NCBI GenBank assembly: GCA_965644265.1 | Contig: OZ286470.1 | Coordinates: 18,290,001 to 18,354,000 of the forward strand | DNA: 64,000 bases | Direction of reading: 5' to 3' | From: Glycera tridactyla | Taxonomy: Eukaryota | Notes under the pieces: model-generated | Databases searched by the model: none | Seen by the model: only the letters and a program-made list of their open reading frames with translations | Told to the model about the DNA's origin: nothing | Shown: piece after piece, positions 1-14,100 of the stretch | Layout: every line of letters begins with the position of its first letter | Position numbering within the stretch: position 1 is the stretch's first letter | Made by a program: the position numbers and the translations under genes

Positions 1-31
1 TCTCAGCAAAATTTCTACCTCACAATACCTC

Positions 32-37
32 TTTATT
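32..37 (-). promoter_or_regulatory. possible polyadenylation signal (AATAAA) of MADD
   Basis: tttatt on + is AATAAA on -, about 1.23 kb downstream of the stop codon; cleavage site cannot be confirmed. Confidence 0.3.
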
Positions 38-1012
38 CACCAAAGCAGTGTTTTCAAATAACCTGACCAAGAAGTGATGTTATTACAATAAGCCTTTAGA
101 TTGAATGTCGTCAGTGATGTTCTTGCTAACCTTTGAATACATACCCTAAGACCTCAAACCTTGATCTCACCACTCCTGACAAACATGCAGGAGTGCACAC
201 TAACCAACATACATTCAACGATTGTACAGTATACTGGTATGTGGATGTGAGCATTAAGGCAATGATGATACCTGGGAAAATATATCCAGGTTTTTTATGC
301 TTTGGAGTGGATCAAGAAATATCGTCAGGTAGAATAAATCAGATGATGAATTCAGAACAAAACTGATGCTGGTGACAGCTGATGATATCCACTGACGGGA
401 TTGTGGAAATGAAAGCCTTGCAATTTTTTGCCCATGGACTCAGATACAGTTACGGTGCCCAACTTTTCAACATGAGCATGCACATAGGATGCCAAAGAAC
501 TACCCTAGCATTAAGCCAGAAGCCAAGGCATTCCAGCCTTGCTCAGGTCATATTTTGGAAACCCACTGAGGTGGTCAAATTTGGAGCTTCTACACCATAT
601 GCCCCACAAGGAGACTAGCTGTGTGGACAACAAAAATGTTCGAGTTGTGTACTCTAGGAAATCCATGTACACATGCTTTAATCCTGATCAGTTAATATAA
701 TCTACTGCCAACAGCATCCACCAGTTTCAGGATGAATACCAAGCAAGTTTATACAGCTGCCAGGATCACTTTTTACAAAATATAATGGCATTATCATGTA
801 AAATCAGGGACATACTTTGTGCCAAACCTGCACATATGGAACAAGTAATATACAGAGACAAAAATAAATTTGCACCATACAGTCAATATACACATGAGTT
901 AAAACTATTTGGCCAAGTGGAAGAAATCAGCGATAAATATGTGGGTGAATGAACATCCGCAAACAGGCCCCCGAAACACACATATAACACCATGACAATG
1001 AATCCACAGGTC

Positions 1013-1088
1013 GTGTGTGTGTGTGTGTGTGTGTGTGGGTGTGTAGGTGTGTGTGTGTGTGTGTGTGTGTGGGTGTGTGTGTGTGTGT
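1013..1088. repeat. (GT)n microsatellite in the putative 3' UTR
   Basis: Near-perfect GT run with a few interruptions. Confidence 0.95.
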
Positions 1089-1267
1089 ACACCATGTGTG
1101 TACATGAGAACAAGAGGAAGTTGGTCCCCAACTTGCAGCATGGAAGAAGTAAGGCATCGGTTCAAAAGCAATGCAGTCTTTCTGGTGAAAAAATTTGGTT
1201 GTATGAAGGTGGCCTGTTTGAAAGAGTGCATTCTCTTTGGAGGGGTAGTGCTGGGGGGAACCGGTGG

Positions 1268-1384
1268 CTATAGCGTCTTGTAGATACGTTCCTTATTGGC
1301 GTTTTCCAGAAGTTGCTGCCGCTGTTCCATGCCCGCGGCAATGTAGGAGAAGACACACAACACCGCGTAACATATTTGGTCCGA
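1268..1384 (-). CDS. MADD: MADD terminal coding exon (SDQICYAVLCVFSYIAAGMEQRQQLLENANKERIYKTL*)
   Basis: Acceptor tgtgtttcag|TCG, 117 nt, ends in TAG; matches the MADD C-terminal ICYxVLCxFSY motif. Confidence 0.95.
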   Translation of the reverse strand, partial: SDQICYAVLCVFSYIAAGMEQRQQLLENANKERIYKTL

Positions 1385-2549
1385 CTGAAACACAACAGGT
1401 GAATCATTAGAAAATCGAAAACATCAACATCTTCTTCAAACAAAGGATATCATCAGAGAATGGTTTGCTTCCATTTATGTCAAGAATTAGGAAGTTTAAT
1501 TAGTAAAGAAATACTAATCATATCTAGGGAGCAGTAAAGGGCATAGGGTATAAACAGTTTTAAACACACAAACAGTACAACTAAATCTTGCAAGAACAAA
1601 ATTCCCTCAGTCAATGAAAGCAAACACACAACATGTGAATGGGGACACTTTTCTTACATAAACCATTAACTCTCAAGATAGCACCACAATACCAACACAA
1701 ACCATGAACTGCTAGGGTAAGAGTTGCCATAAAGAATCTGTGCCAAAGGCTAGCAACCGTTTTCCAGGATTTGAGAGCAGCATGATGATATTGTTCTCCC
1801 CCATCCAATATGCTTACAACAGACTGGACATGGATATAAATCTACAAGTAGAAATAACTTGTCCATTTGTACTACACATTATCCCATACACAACTCAAAG
1901 AATATTCTGTTGAATCACCCATTCTTCAGTCCGAGAGTGAGAGCAGGGACAGTGAAGTAACATTGAGAAAAAAAAACTACGCATGGAATCCGGTAAGACT
2001 TCAAGGCCACATCAGAAGGCAAATAACCCAATAGTTGTTTGGCCTTCAGACATATCCCTGAGGTCCTAGTGGGACCACTGAGACTTGGAAGTGATAGTCA
2101 TGAGGCATGAGAAGGCTTTCACTACCCAACAAAGATCCCTTAATGATGAGGTCTTTGTGACAAACTATAAAAGGTCATATTGTGATATTTTGCGAAATGA
2201 TGAAAAATGATATACTTGTCAGGAATGGAGTCAGTGGCATTTGAAATTCCACAAAGACCTTTTGATGATGAGGTTTTAGTGACAAAGTATGACCTTACAT
2301 TCAGGAATGTATAACTCAAACTAGATGCAATCAGTGATTGCGAGTGCCCCGCTGACTGCGCAGTTGGTTATGCTATGCTTCAGTATTCCCAAGCATATAC
2401 TATGCAACACAGTCATTATGGTAGTGCTCTCCCCCTCCCACTTCTCTGCTGGCCTGAACGACAAATGACCTTCTCACCCTCAGGTAACCTTGAAATCCAA
2501 TAAAGCCGACCGAAATAAAATCACCTAGTGACGCTGAAATATAACATAG

Positions 2550-4023
2550 CAAAGCCAAAATCAAATCAGTTCTGTCTCATGGTACTGTGAATGCACACGT
2601 CGAGTTTCAATTGGATAGCTGCATTCATTGTGATGTTATCGGCCGAAAACCACATATGACCTTTTTGCACTCAGGTGACACATATAACCTTTTTGCACTC
2701 AGGCGACCTTGAAATCTGATGTAGCAAACCCAAAATCGAATCAGTTCTGTCTCATGGTACTGTGAATGCACACGTCGAGTTTCAATTAGATAGCTGCATT
2801 CATTGTGATGTTATCGGCCGGAAACCACATACGACCTTTTTGCACTCAGGTGACCTTGAAATCCGATGTAGCAAACCTAAAATCAAATCATTTCTGTCTC
2901 ATGATATTGTGAATGCACACGCCGAGTTTCAATAAGATAGCTGCATTCATGGTGATGTTATCGGCCGGAAACCACATATGACCTTTTTGCACTCAGGTGA
3001 CCTTGAAATCCGATGTAGCAAACCCAAAATCAAATCAGTTCTGTCTCATGGTACTGTGAATGCACACGTCGAGTTTCAATTAGATAGCTGCATTCATTGT
3101 GATGTTATCGGCCGGAAACCACATATGACCTTTTTGCACTCAGGTGACCTTGAAATCCGATGTAGCAAACCCAAAATCAAATCATTTCTGTCTCATGATA
3201 TTGTGAATGCACACGCCGAGTTTCAATTAGATGGCTGCATTCATTGTGATGTTATCGGCCGGAAACCACATATGACCTTTTTGCACTCAAGTGACCTTGA
3301 AATCCGATGTAGCAAACCCAAAATCAAATCAGTTCTGTCTCATGGTACTGTGAATGCACACGTCGAGTTTCAATTAGATAGCTGAATTCATTGTGATGTT
3401 ATCGGTCGGAAACCACATATGACCTTTTTGCACTCAGGTGACCTTGAAATCCGATGTAGCAAACCCAAAATCGAATCAGTCCTGTCTTTTGGTACTGTGA
3501 ATGTACTCACCAAGTTTCAATTAGATAGCTTTAGTCATTGTGGAGTTAGTGCCCGGAAACCACATATGACCTTTTTGCACTCAGGTGACCTTGATTTGCA
3601 CTCAGGTGACCTTGAAATCCGATGTAGCAAACCCAAAATCAAATCATTTCTGTCTCATGATATTGTGAATGCACACGCCGAGTTTCAATTAGGTAGCTGC
3701 ATTCATTGTGATGTTATCGGCCGGAAACCACATATGACCTTTTTGCACTCAAGTGACCTTGAAATCCGATGTAGCAAACCCAAAATCAAATCAGTTCTGT
3801 CTCATGGTACTGTGAATGGACACGTCGAGTTTCAATTAGATAGCTGAATTCATTGTGATGTTATCGGTCGGAAACCACATATGACCTTTTTGCACTCAGG
3901 TGACCTTGAAATCCAATGTATCAAACCCAAAATCGAATCAGTTCTGTCTTTTGTTATTGTGAATGTACACACCAAGTTTCAATTAGATAGCTTTAGTCAT
4001 TGTGGAGTTATTGCCCGGAAACC
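2550..4023. repeat. ~10-copy 147-bp tandem (satellite-like) array
   Basis: Unit acatatgacctttttgcactcaggtgaccttgaaatccgatgtagcaaacccaaaatc...ggaaacc; the 49-aa periodicity of the ORF track reflects the 147-nt unit. Confidence 0.95.
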
Positions 4024-4030
4024 AAAAAAT

Positions 4031-4121
4031 CACGCACCCACGCACCCACGCACCCACGCACCCACACACCCACGCACCCACGCACCCACGCACCCACGCA
4101 CCCACGCACCCACGCACGCAC
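4031..4121. repeat. (CACGCACC)n 8-bp microsatellite
   Basis: Tandem cacgcacc units directly after the 147-bp array. Confidence 0.93.
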
Positions 4122-5741
4122 ACTCATCCATAGCACATCCGCACAGAGGGTCAAGGCGAAAACATACTGCCCCGCTCGGGTAACCGAGGCGGGGCACAAA
4201 AAAGCAAAACTAAACATACAGACAACATCTGCTACGACCCTCTGGCCATTGACAGGGGTCACATGCCACACGAGATAGTTGGGGTACCATTACTAGCCAC
4301 AATGGGCTTGGGGGATGGGGGTGGCATAGTGGTATCATTGTGAGGCTGTGAACCCCTGCCAATGGGTGTTGGTGATGAAGGCGGAGGCGTACGTGCTACC
4401 GTGGAGTGCACTGTGATCACCCGGTGAAAAGCCAACAGAATTTCATTAGCCTATCAAACACAAAACAAAAATCCACTGCACCACAATATCCATACACACA
4501 CAAGAAGGCTCTCCAACACCAGCTGTTTGTAGTCTGACCCATCCCAATAGAGATGTGACACTTCACCATGAATCTTATTCCTTTTCCTTTTCGTAATTCA
4601 TGATAGTAGCTTAAGTACACATTTCAGAGTACACTGTCAATATCTGACTGTGGACTTTTAGAATATAACAATTTGTAATCCTTTTGAGAATCCTTTCTAT
4701 GGAGATCAAGTCAGTTGCTGGAGTGGGAGATTCCTCCAGTTATAAAGTAAAATTGAATAGAAGAATTAACAAATGATGGAATCTGAATATCATCCATCAT
4801 CAAGGCACAGAAATAAAGCATATTCATATCTCTCCCCAATTTGTGTGGTAGAAAAAAGGTGACAATTGTTCAATGTGAGTGAACCACAACCTTGCAATAT
4901 ATTCTATGATATATCCAACTTGAATACATTTTTCCCTGCTAGCACTCTGCTAATATTGATGACAGACACTAAGAATAGCCTCCTGGTTTTTAGGAAGTCT
5001 TCCCAAAATGTACCTATCCAGAGATTTGGGAATCTGTAATCCAATAAATCAAGACTGATTTTAATCAATACACAGTTGATGAATATCAGTAAGCAAAATG
5101 TTTATTATCTAATATTCAGAAATTAATATGGAGAGAGGCCAACTTTCAAATCTGAATATATGTAAATTCAAATTTCAATTGGATTGAATTCATTCTTTTG
5201 GTGACTGATGCAGCTCATATAGACAGAACCTAGAATGGTGCAATTGTCTCAGTAAATACTTCTGCACAATTCAAAATGAATTCTAGTTGAGGAGCTGGAA
5301 CCATCAATCATGAAAGATAAGGACATTGGGTCACTAGGGGAGCACCAGGTGTCACTAAGACACTTTCTCCACCTAGTGGCACAGTAATGCATTCATGATG
5401 TCACTTACAGTGAATTTAAACAAATTTGTCATTCGGAGCCTCTTACCATTGAAGACATGACGTATTTGAGAAATTCTTGGCAATCATATATCCATGGATA
5501 TGAATCTGCGTAAGGCCTACTTGAGGAGTCCAACAGTAGAATTGAAAATGCATAGGTTTTCCCAAGAAAATTTGAAGTTTCTTTCCACATCAACTCAATA
5601 AAACATCTGTGAAACTCTGTGAAAGAATTATTATGCAAAAGAGTACAATGACCCCAAATTGCTTTTGCTCAAATTCACCAAGGGTGTATGTGTGCCACTC
5701 ATTAAGTTAGGACAGAATTCCACTACAATACTGGGTTACTA

Positions 5742-5917
5742 CAGTGACACCTGCAATGAGAGACTGCCCCAAATGTCACCAAAAAGCGGTCTCTCAAAAG
5801 AGGTGGTCTCTCATCGGAGGTATATTTGACTATGTCAAATAGAAAAGCTGCCCCGGAAAAGCGGTCTCCCGTCAGGGGTGGTCTCTCGTTGGGGGTCTCT
5901 CGTCGCAGGTTGCACTG
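5742..5917. mobile_element. TA-flanked MITE, family A (Tc1/mariner-pogo-like)
   Basis: TA|CAGTGACACCTGC...GCAGGTTGCACTG|TA with internal GAGACC/GGTCTC repeats. Confidence 0.88.
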
Positions 5918-6523
5918 TAGGTGCAAATCAGGGGGAAAGCCAATGCCAATGCCAATGCCAAAGCCAAGGCCAAGGCATAATGGGAGATAATTGAACAATC
6001 AGCTAGTACTGTACACAAACGGATAACAAACAACAACAAAACTATCAAAACATAAAGAATGCTAAAGTCATATGAGGTTGATACATTCCAGTAAAACAAA
6101 AATTGATATTGAAGATATGTTTGCAGATTCCCACAATTTTGCAATCTTTTATCGCTCTGCAAAGAGCAAGCACCTCAACCAATTCTCCCGATTTTGCATT
6201 AAGCCATTATCAAAAAACGGGAATCCTGCAACAAGCATGTGCGTCAAATTTCTAGAAATGATTGCTTAATCATTGCAGGCATATAGTGAATTCTGCATCA
6301 AGATATCATGTGATGGAGAAATATAGGCGAAGAGATAATTCCATGAACATTTCTTCCTCATATGTAAGTTGCAACTATACCAGCAAACAGCAGGAACCCA
6401 TCTGGAATCCCAAGTGCTTGCTTGTCATAGACTCTGTTATTTTTGCAAAAGTATGATTGAATTTCATTGCATGAAAATTTCCCAAATAATTGGTGTTTGA
6501 AAGAAAAACACTTGCTTGACATA

Positions 6524-7141
6524 CCGTATTCTCCCTAATAAGCGCCCCGACCCTCATTAGCGCCCCCCCCCCTCCTGGGGGGAGAGAAGTTGCCACAGTC
6601 CCGGATGTTTGAATTTCCCGCACTTTCTGAGCAAGCAAGGAGGCCAGATCCAAGATGGCGGCGCACACGTGAGTGAGAATGTCACTGCGTGCGGCTTGAT
6701 ATTTCCGCAGTTTTCGGCAAATATTCGACAGATTTGAGAGATTTATGCATGGATACCTCACGATTTTATACCCAGCAATTCATTGGCACAATCGTTTTTA
6801 CTGTGAGTTCGATATCTCGTGGGTTTTAATCGTGGCAAACTACGTCTGAAAACATGGGATTGACTTGTCAAAGTGAGATCGGTAACACTTTTTATCACTG
6901 TTTATTCGGCAAATATTCGTCATATCCTCGTAGTTCTACCGGTTTTTCTCCTATATGACACAAATTGAGACAGAGTGATACATTTATCGAATGTTTCTTG
7001 ATATTTCACAAGCCACCAGTGTTATGTTCGCGAAAATACCCTAGTATCACCTATCGGCGATTTTCTTCATATCTTGAACAAATAAGCGCCCCCCTTTCTA
7101 AATTAGCTAGCGCCCTGGGGCGCTAATTAGGGAGGATACGG
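6524..7141. mobile_element. 618-bp TA-flanked non-autonomous DNA transposon
   Basis: TA|CCGTATTCTCCCTAATAAGCGCCCC...GGGGCGCTAATTAGGGAGGATACGG|TA; subterminal TAAGCGCCCC repeats; no transposase ORF. Confidence 0.88.
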
Positions 7142-9347
7142 TAGGTCATTGCTCATCACAGGCTTGTTTATCACAGGCTCGACTGTACATTCAATTCAAT
7201 GAATCAAACACACAACCCATTCTCATTAAGTGTGAAATGTATCAACCTCATGTTTGTAAATCAATCTACTGCAATGAAGTGTACAAGTGATAAGAAATCA
7301 AGAAGCTCAAATCCATGAAAATATTTAGAACTGCCAACACAACTTTGTGTTTGTACCAAATTACCTGGACCACAGATACCTGACCATGCATTTCATGTGC
7401 AACCATAAGCAAGTATTTTGTTCACTAATCATTTCTTTTTGATACATCCACATCATTTGAGATTATCACAATAGAGATGCATCATTTCCACCAGAGCATA
7501 TCCCTTCTCGTACATCATAAGTGCCACATTATCTGACTTTTCAGCACCCACAGTGAGCGTATGCTTCCAGAGAATGCAAACCTGCAGACCTGTCTGTTTT
7601 TGAAAAATCTGGCTTCAATTGCCAAGCAATGGGGACCAAGCACCTTTTTTAATAAATGCCCTGTAATCAGTAGTGCTAGTGAATTAAGATCAAAATGCAT
7701 GCTTACTGGGCATATTTTCTCTATGTTATGCCAAAGGCACAAGGCATATCCATGGCAATAGCTCTGCTTCATTGAAAGGAAATCCTCTCGTCTTCTAATC
7801 ACATCATCATATGAATAAGGTCATCAAATGAACACATGCCCAGAAAAAAACTATAATCCCCTGAATATCATCTGATGAATTTGTCAGAAATTCTTATGCA
7901 ATTTGTAGTGCACTTATGAATATCTCTAAGATAATTCCGTGCCAAACCAATTGTGTGAAATGCAACAGCTTGATCAAGACAGCTGATGAAATAATACAGA
8001 TTTATTTTGAAAGCTTATATGCCAGACTCTTTTTATGTGAGTACTAAGAATCATACTGATCTTTTTCTTTCGATACAGAGAGATTCACATATCTACCTCT
8101 AACTATGTCTGACAGAAATCCGATTTATAATTTAGTATATTTGTACTTCTTCACCGAGTCAGCACCACATGAGCTATATAGAGATGCCCATGCAACTGGC
8201 ATGGGAAACTGCCGGAGGATAAATGAGGTGGATGTTAACTCTGGCCCAAGTGTGCTTTATAAGAAAATATAATGTACACAGAGAATGTACTCAAAACCTG
8301 TCTTGCCATATTTTTCAATGCCCTACTATATTATTCCCAATACAGAAACTGGGATTTTTGAGACCTGAGGCTCATTTCAACATATTGTAGGCAGACTCAA
8401 AGCCAATACAGGTGTTCTCAATTGCTATGGATTTCTGTGAAGAACATAGCAATGAAGACCACCCATATCATTTTGAGTGTATGCATATCTTTGTGAAATG
8501 GGCCCTTGATGAAGTGGATTTGTCCATGTTCAAGCTAGCAAGAAGCTGCCAACTATGGATGGACTATAGAAAACTTAAGTATTACAAGGTCCCAATATTG
8601 CATATGATTCACACTTTGAACCTTTTTACATCAGAATACTGAATGGAGAAGAAACTTTTCAAACATCAATTTAGATCAGGGACTTGAATCCCATATTGAC
8701 TGTGAAAAAAGCATGCTCCTTGTTCTTTTATATGATAAATAAGGCAGGACAGATGTTGAATTCTGTTTACCCCCTGCTACCTTTCTGTTGGGATCCTATT
8801 CTTCAGAAATTCTCTGTGATCCACCGTATCAAGGCTTCATTCTCAAATAAAGATCAATAGGAAGATAATAAAAACAGCACAAACAATCAAAATATTCCCC
8901 AGAAAGCTGTTGAATATTTTGTCACTTTTGCTATCAAAGAATTTTGCAGATGTGCTAACACAGATACGACAAGCTCTACCAATAGCTACGTGACAATATT
9001 TAAGAGAAATCATGTAAAAAACTAGCAGAAGGTAAACATAGAAAATATAATGCTATCTTTGAGAGATGAACCAACAAGTGTTAATATAAAACATTCTGAT
9101 TTTAGGAAAATGAATAAAAAATTAGCTTGCTAGTAAATAAAGTTCCGGCATCACATTCATTTCATACATTTGTGAAGAAAACATCATCGAGTGAAAATAC
9201 AAATGGTGAAACCATCTGGCACTGCAAGGCAGCAAGAATGAATGTGATTGGCTGATGACAACAGCCAATAGAATCTCTTGTCTCAGGTATCTGCAGCCTT
9301 GCAATGTCATTTGATATGTGAAAAGTGACAGACAAAATGCAACATAC

Positions 9348-9394
9348 CATGTTTGACTTGTATTTACGTTGAATTACTTTCCTAGTTTTGGGAT
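9348..9394 (-). CDS. MADD: MADD exon (D)PKTRKVIQRKYKSNM
   Basis: ttttttgcag|AT...ATG|gtatgt, 47 nt, phase 1->0, fits both neighbours; conserved KYKS motif. Confidence 0.93.
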
Positions 9395-10903
9395 CTGCAA
9401 AAAAGGAATTTCTAATGAGTGTATCATTCTTGGCACTAAAACCTATCCAGAGAACCTCGCTCTCTAGACATCAATTCACATTTTGGTAAGACACAAATCA
9501 AGTGATCAAAGAACTATAAAAGCATCTTGTGAAGGAAGCTCAAATGGATGCATTCCATTCTATTTTATACCTGATATTACATATACAAGTAAAATGCTGC
9601 CAGATGTGAAGAAAGATAATTCTCTAAGAATACTACAAAACCATTACGACTTCAGTGAACAATCATGAGTGAAGCTGTAAATTGGGTAATGATACTCCAT
9701 TATTGAAAGTTGATATTAAAAGAGCACACCTGTGAACAAAGACAAGCATCAAAGCAGGAGAATATTGTCACTGGGATAATGGGTAATTTTAAAGGGTATA
9801 TTAGATAGTCAGATATGGTGATGTAGAAAATGATAAATATCTTGAGGCATGGAATGTGCTTTGGCAGGCTCTGTTCACAGATTATGCTTTACAGACATAC
9901 AAAAGGACAGTACATCGCATCATGAGACAAATTGATATTGATCTCGCACATACTTTCATATCCAAAATTTCACATTCATCCATGCCACACATTTAGATCT
10001 GTCATACTGTCAAAATGAATGAGTAATTTTGAAATATGGACTGGCTTACAAATTACTCCAATAACAAAGTTACCATACTGATGTATGCAATTCAAAATTA
10101 TTTTACCTCCACCTGATATCTGATGAGAATTCTATTCAAATATAGGTTTCACCTGTATTGACACAAGCTTTCAACCCATGTGTACAGTGTCCGCAAAAAC
10201 ATGCCTGGCAATCTGATGTTTGTTTCTTATTCCAAAATATGTCTTTCCAATTTTCTCATTCAGCATGTCATCGTGTGACAACAATTTTTTTTTGTTGGCA
10301 ACAGTATTATCAAGATTGATCACAGACATTTTCATGCTTTTTGCATGTTTCAATCTTATTTGCTTCAGAAATAATTGTCCTTATTTCAGTTTCAACATAC
10401 TACATTCAATACGAGGGACCAGAAATGGCTGAAAATCCAAACAGTATTATGACAGACATTGCGTTTAATTGACAGCACTGATACCGAATACTTCATAAAT
10501 TTGAATTATGAATATGGTCTTCACCATTATGAATGTCAATTGTATGCCAGCATATTTTGGCTTCTTCTGTGAAACACATTACTGCCCTGACTACCAACAC
10601 CAGGTATGATAAAAACTCTTCCATCTAGTCAAGACAAAGGACAGTATCCAGGGTCAGCAAGGTCAACTTGAGTAATTCAGCATATCAAAAGGGTAGAAAC
10701 GCAAGTCTTCTTGCTTACGTAATAGTCCTTAACTATACCGAGAACTGGATGCTTAAATTTGCATCACATGCCAGTACAACCCCATGCAAAATAACAAACA
10801 CACACACTCACACACCCACACAGTATGAAGAAAATACATCTGAGACGACTCTTCCTTCCCTCAAGCATTCATTCGGGGACATTCGGCTCTATCTCCGACA
10901 GTG

Positions 10904-11128
10904 CAGGGTTGCATCCAGGATTTTCTGAAATGGGGGCATTGTGCCCCTTAAATTGGAGAAAACGGGGCATTTCTCCACAGAATGTCCTAAAATGGGCTCA
11001 CTCAACATGGCATAGTGCAAACCTTTTGTTGATTTAGGGGGCATCAGGGCCCCTGATTGCCCCAAAAAGGGGCCCACACTGGAAAAATGTGTGAAATGCC
11101 CCCATGCCCTCCTCTGGATGCAACCCTG
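10904..11128. mobile_element. hAT-like MITE with 15-bp TIR CAGGGTTGCATCCAG
   Basis: Perfect TIRs; internal GGGGCAT repeats; flanks CAGTG / CAGGG (4 of 5 match). Confidence 0.85.
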
Positions 11129-14100
11129 CAGGGTAGGCCTTAAAGGACCCAGGAAATACTTTGGTGATGCTAAGATGGGGCGATTCTGGAGAAGCGTCTT
11201 ACATATGTAGTGTCACACATACACAGCTGGTATATATGACAGTTGAATCGGAGAAAATCAATCTTAATTTCATGCCACGATTCGAGACCAACTTGCCATC
11301 TTGTGACATCATCTGAGGAAGCATGGAGCGCTCCCAGCGACGAGAAATACATATATAAAGCCTGAGATGATCAAGGCATAGTGAACAAAAAAAAATTGCC
11401 GTGGCTTTAACACTTGGCTTTCATTCATCAAACTCTGTATACATATGTGAAACTTCCCAAAAAATCAAATTCCCAAAGGAATAGGTATTTGATAAATTAC
11501 ACAGGGAGTGATGCATCATACGAATGGTTCAGAAATAAATAGAAACATCTGAAATATTGACACAATTTTAGGGAAGGCAGGAAGTGCCTGGTGTCAGTCC
11601 ATGATAAGTAGACATTTTACCTTATACCAACGAGCTATACCTCAAAATCATGACCCATTTTGTGCAATAGTCTAAGCTTTATATCTAATCAATCTGGCAA
11701 CCACCAATGACCACAGAGTCGGGAAGGACTATTTCTTTTCTTGTGAAGTGCAAAGATGTCACTGCATGGAAAATGAATATACTCTCTCACACTCAAACTC
11801 AGGCTCAACCATTCAAACATTCTCAAGACCAATACAAGCATCCAACCTATTCTGTTACTGGCTTCCTACAAGGCAAGTGCAAAGTCAACGTTTCTTTTAT
11901 AGGAACACTCCTGAAACTCCACTAACAGATACATTTCAAACTCCCCAATAAAGATGTCATATATATTCAATTGTGTTGAATTAGATTCAGACATTAGTTT
12001 TGTGGTTATGTTTTTGCCAGAGTTTTTTCGGCCAAGAGGGAAACCAATATCAGCATAAATCATATGAATTAACAGCATCAATAGAGGAGCCCTATTAATA
12101 AGTCCTGGTCACCAACAATGACATATTCAATCTATACATCAGTTGTCTTGTATTGAAGAACACACACGTGAGCAGGCCTTTTTCGATCACAATTCAGGTC
12201 ACCTCATATTCTAGAGGTACTCCAATATACTGATGTTTTTGACAAGCGGAAGCAATCAAAAACCAGTTCATTTTGTCCAACATAATTCTCTTGGAAATAT
12301 GTGTGGGGGAGGGGGATTCTGGTTGCAGACCACTTGGAGCAGTACAGGGCCATCAACTTCAGTAATACCTAACAGGGGTCTCTGTATTGACTGAATCCCA
12401 GCCTCAAACACACTCAAATGGAGTGAGCTCCCAGGTGCATTTGCACATGCCAATCATTCAAGAGATGATTTCAATGATCAAGAACCTATGAATGACAACA
12501 ATTTTTCCCATAGTACCCCTTTCTCAGTAGTTGATTTCAATAATACAAAGGACCCATAGTTATTCAAATGGGATGGCAGTAGATTTGATATTTATGTTTA
12601 TCAAAATAGAAAATTCCTTGAGGACACAGTATGATGGCTTGGCAGCCGCAATTTTCCTGATGTACTACTTCTGTTGCTGCCACTGCTACTGCTGCAGGTC
12701 CTGAAGCTCGACCAATCACAGCGGTAACAGTGAATAAGGATGTCAACCTTCGATAACCCAAAATTATAACGAGGCTAATTTTCCAGAGTAATGATGGCAC
12801 TATTTGAAATGATCAAATAAACAGATCTAGAATTTCTTGGCGAGATATTGTCCGTGAAATACCAATATGTTGGCTGAAAATGAGTAATCATGAATCCAAA
12901 ATCCTGATGGTTGGCATCTCTGTATTTATCACAGAATGGATTTACCTCCTAAGAAGTGCCTCCTGGACCCGAGGTGGCCACCCTCATAATTCTGATTGAA
13001 CGTTTTCTATACTGTTTCATTGATTTTATGACCAGCACTCACTCTACATCTATAGTACAGGTGATGTCATGAAGGGGAACATGACCAAAACCGAGTTCTC
13101 TTGGAGAACAATATTACCATGAGTGATGCAACAAAATTCACCTAGGCGTAGTGTATGCTACATCACATTATGGAAAATGCTCATGACAAGTGCAGAGTGA
13201 AATACCTTTGAGGTAAGCACTCACTTACTAATTCATTAGTTCTGGTCTCATGTCCTTTCAATACCTGATTGGTTGTTTAAGTTTGGGGAGTGTGACATAT
13301 TGATTGATTGGATGCTGTTCATTGGCATGCATGAAACACTATTACATGTAGTATGCCGAAAAGCACCAGTGAGTTTGAACACATTCAAAAACCTTTGGTT
13401 TGAACATTATGTCCTCCCACCATCCAATAGGTTATAGGGAACCCTTGTTAATTTAGCAGAAGTGAGACAAAACAGTCAAATACACTATTTTCTTCTGTGA
13501 GCTGGTTCTTTGTATTGAGATTACAGTCATATGGTACAGAGCTTAGCTAGATGTCGAATGATATATTCCATATACTGCGATATACCATACTGAAACATGG
13601 CTATGTGACTTTTGGCTACCATCATAGCATGATGTATTGTGCTTTGGTTCACCATGTATGGACCATGGAGCCACATATATCCAAAATATTTGCCATTTTC
13701 TTGACTCAACATAGAATTTTCCAGCACCAAAATGTCATCACCTTAAAATTTGTAATTACCCGCCACCAAAGTAAAGGGTCAGTAATGATCTGCTTTACAG
13801 ATATTTATACATCTCTCTATCAACTGCTTAATGTTGTACTGGACATACTGACTAGATGATTATCAATCATAGAGCTGCACCATAATGTATATTGTGGAGG
13901 TACAGCTGATTCAATCAAAGAATCAGTCAAAGGCCAAAACGCCCAAAAGAGACAAACTTTCACAAGGTTAACTTTGTAGTCTGCAAAATTCGTAATGTAT
14001 ATTATAGTGAGCCATTCTCCATGTCAGGTCGAGCAAGTGTACCAGTTTAGTCGGCAGGAGCCCCAAAAAGCAATGGCCATCAAGGGAAAGCCTAAATCCG

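Larger units (their letters stand above)
2318..4203 (+). mobile_element. non-autonomous Helentron-type element (HINE / pearl / DINE-1-like)
   Basis: Starts aaactag; subterminal tgccccgc at 2345-2352 is inverted to gcggggca at 4189-4196; 147-bp tandem core; (ACGCACCC)n microsatellite; 3' hairpin tgccccgctcgg-gtaa-ccgaggcggggca (4168-4196); A-run end. Confidence 0.75.

Noticed and set aside
2978-4183. Repetitive ORFs MTFLHSGDLEIRCSKPKIKS...
   Set aside because: Translation of the 147-bp (3x49) satellite unit; interrupted by stops in several units; no coding context. Not a CRISPR array either: the units are contiguous with no unique spacers.
5447-5505. 59-nt phase 1->0 segment (DSYPWIYDCQEFLKYVMSSM) that could substitute for the 47-nt exon as a mutually exclusive exon
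   Set aside because: No similarity to the conserved PKTRKVIQRKYKS exon and only a modest acceptor; most likely chance.
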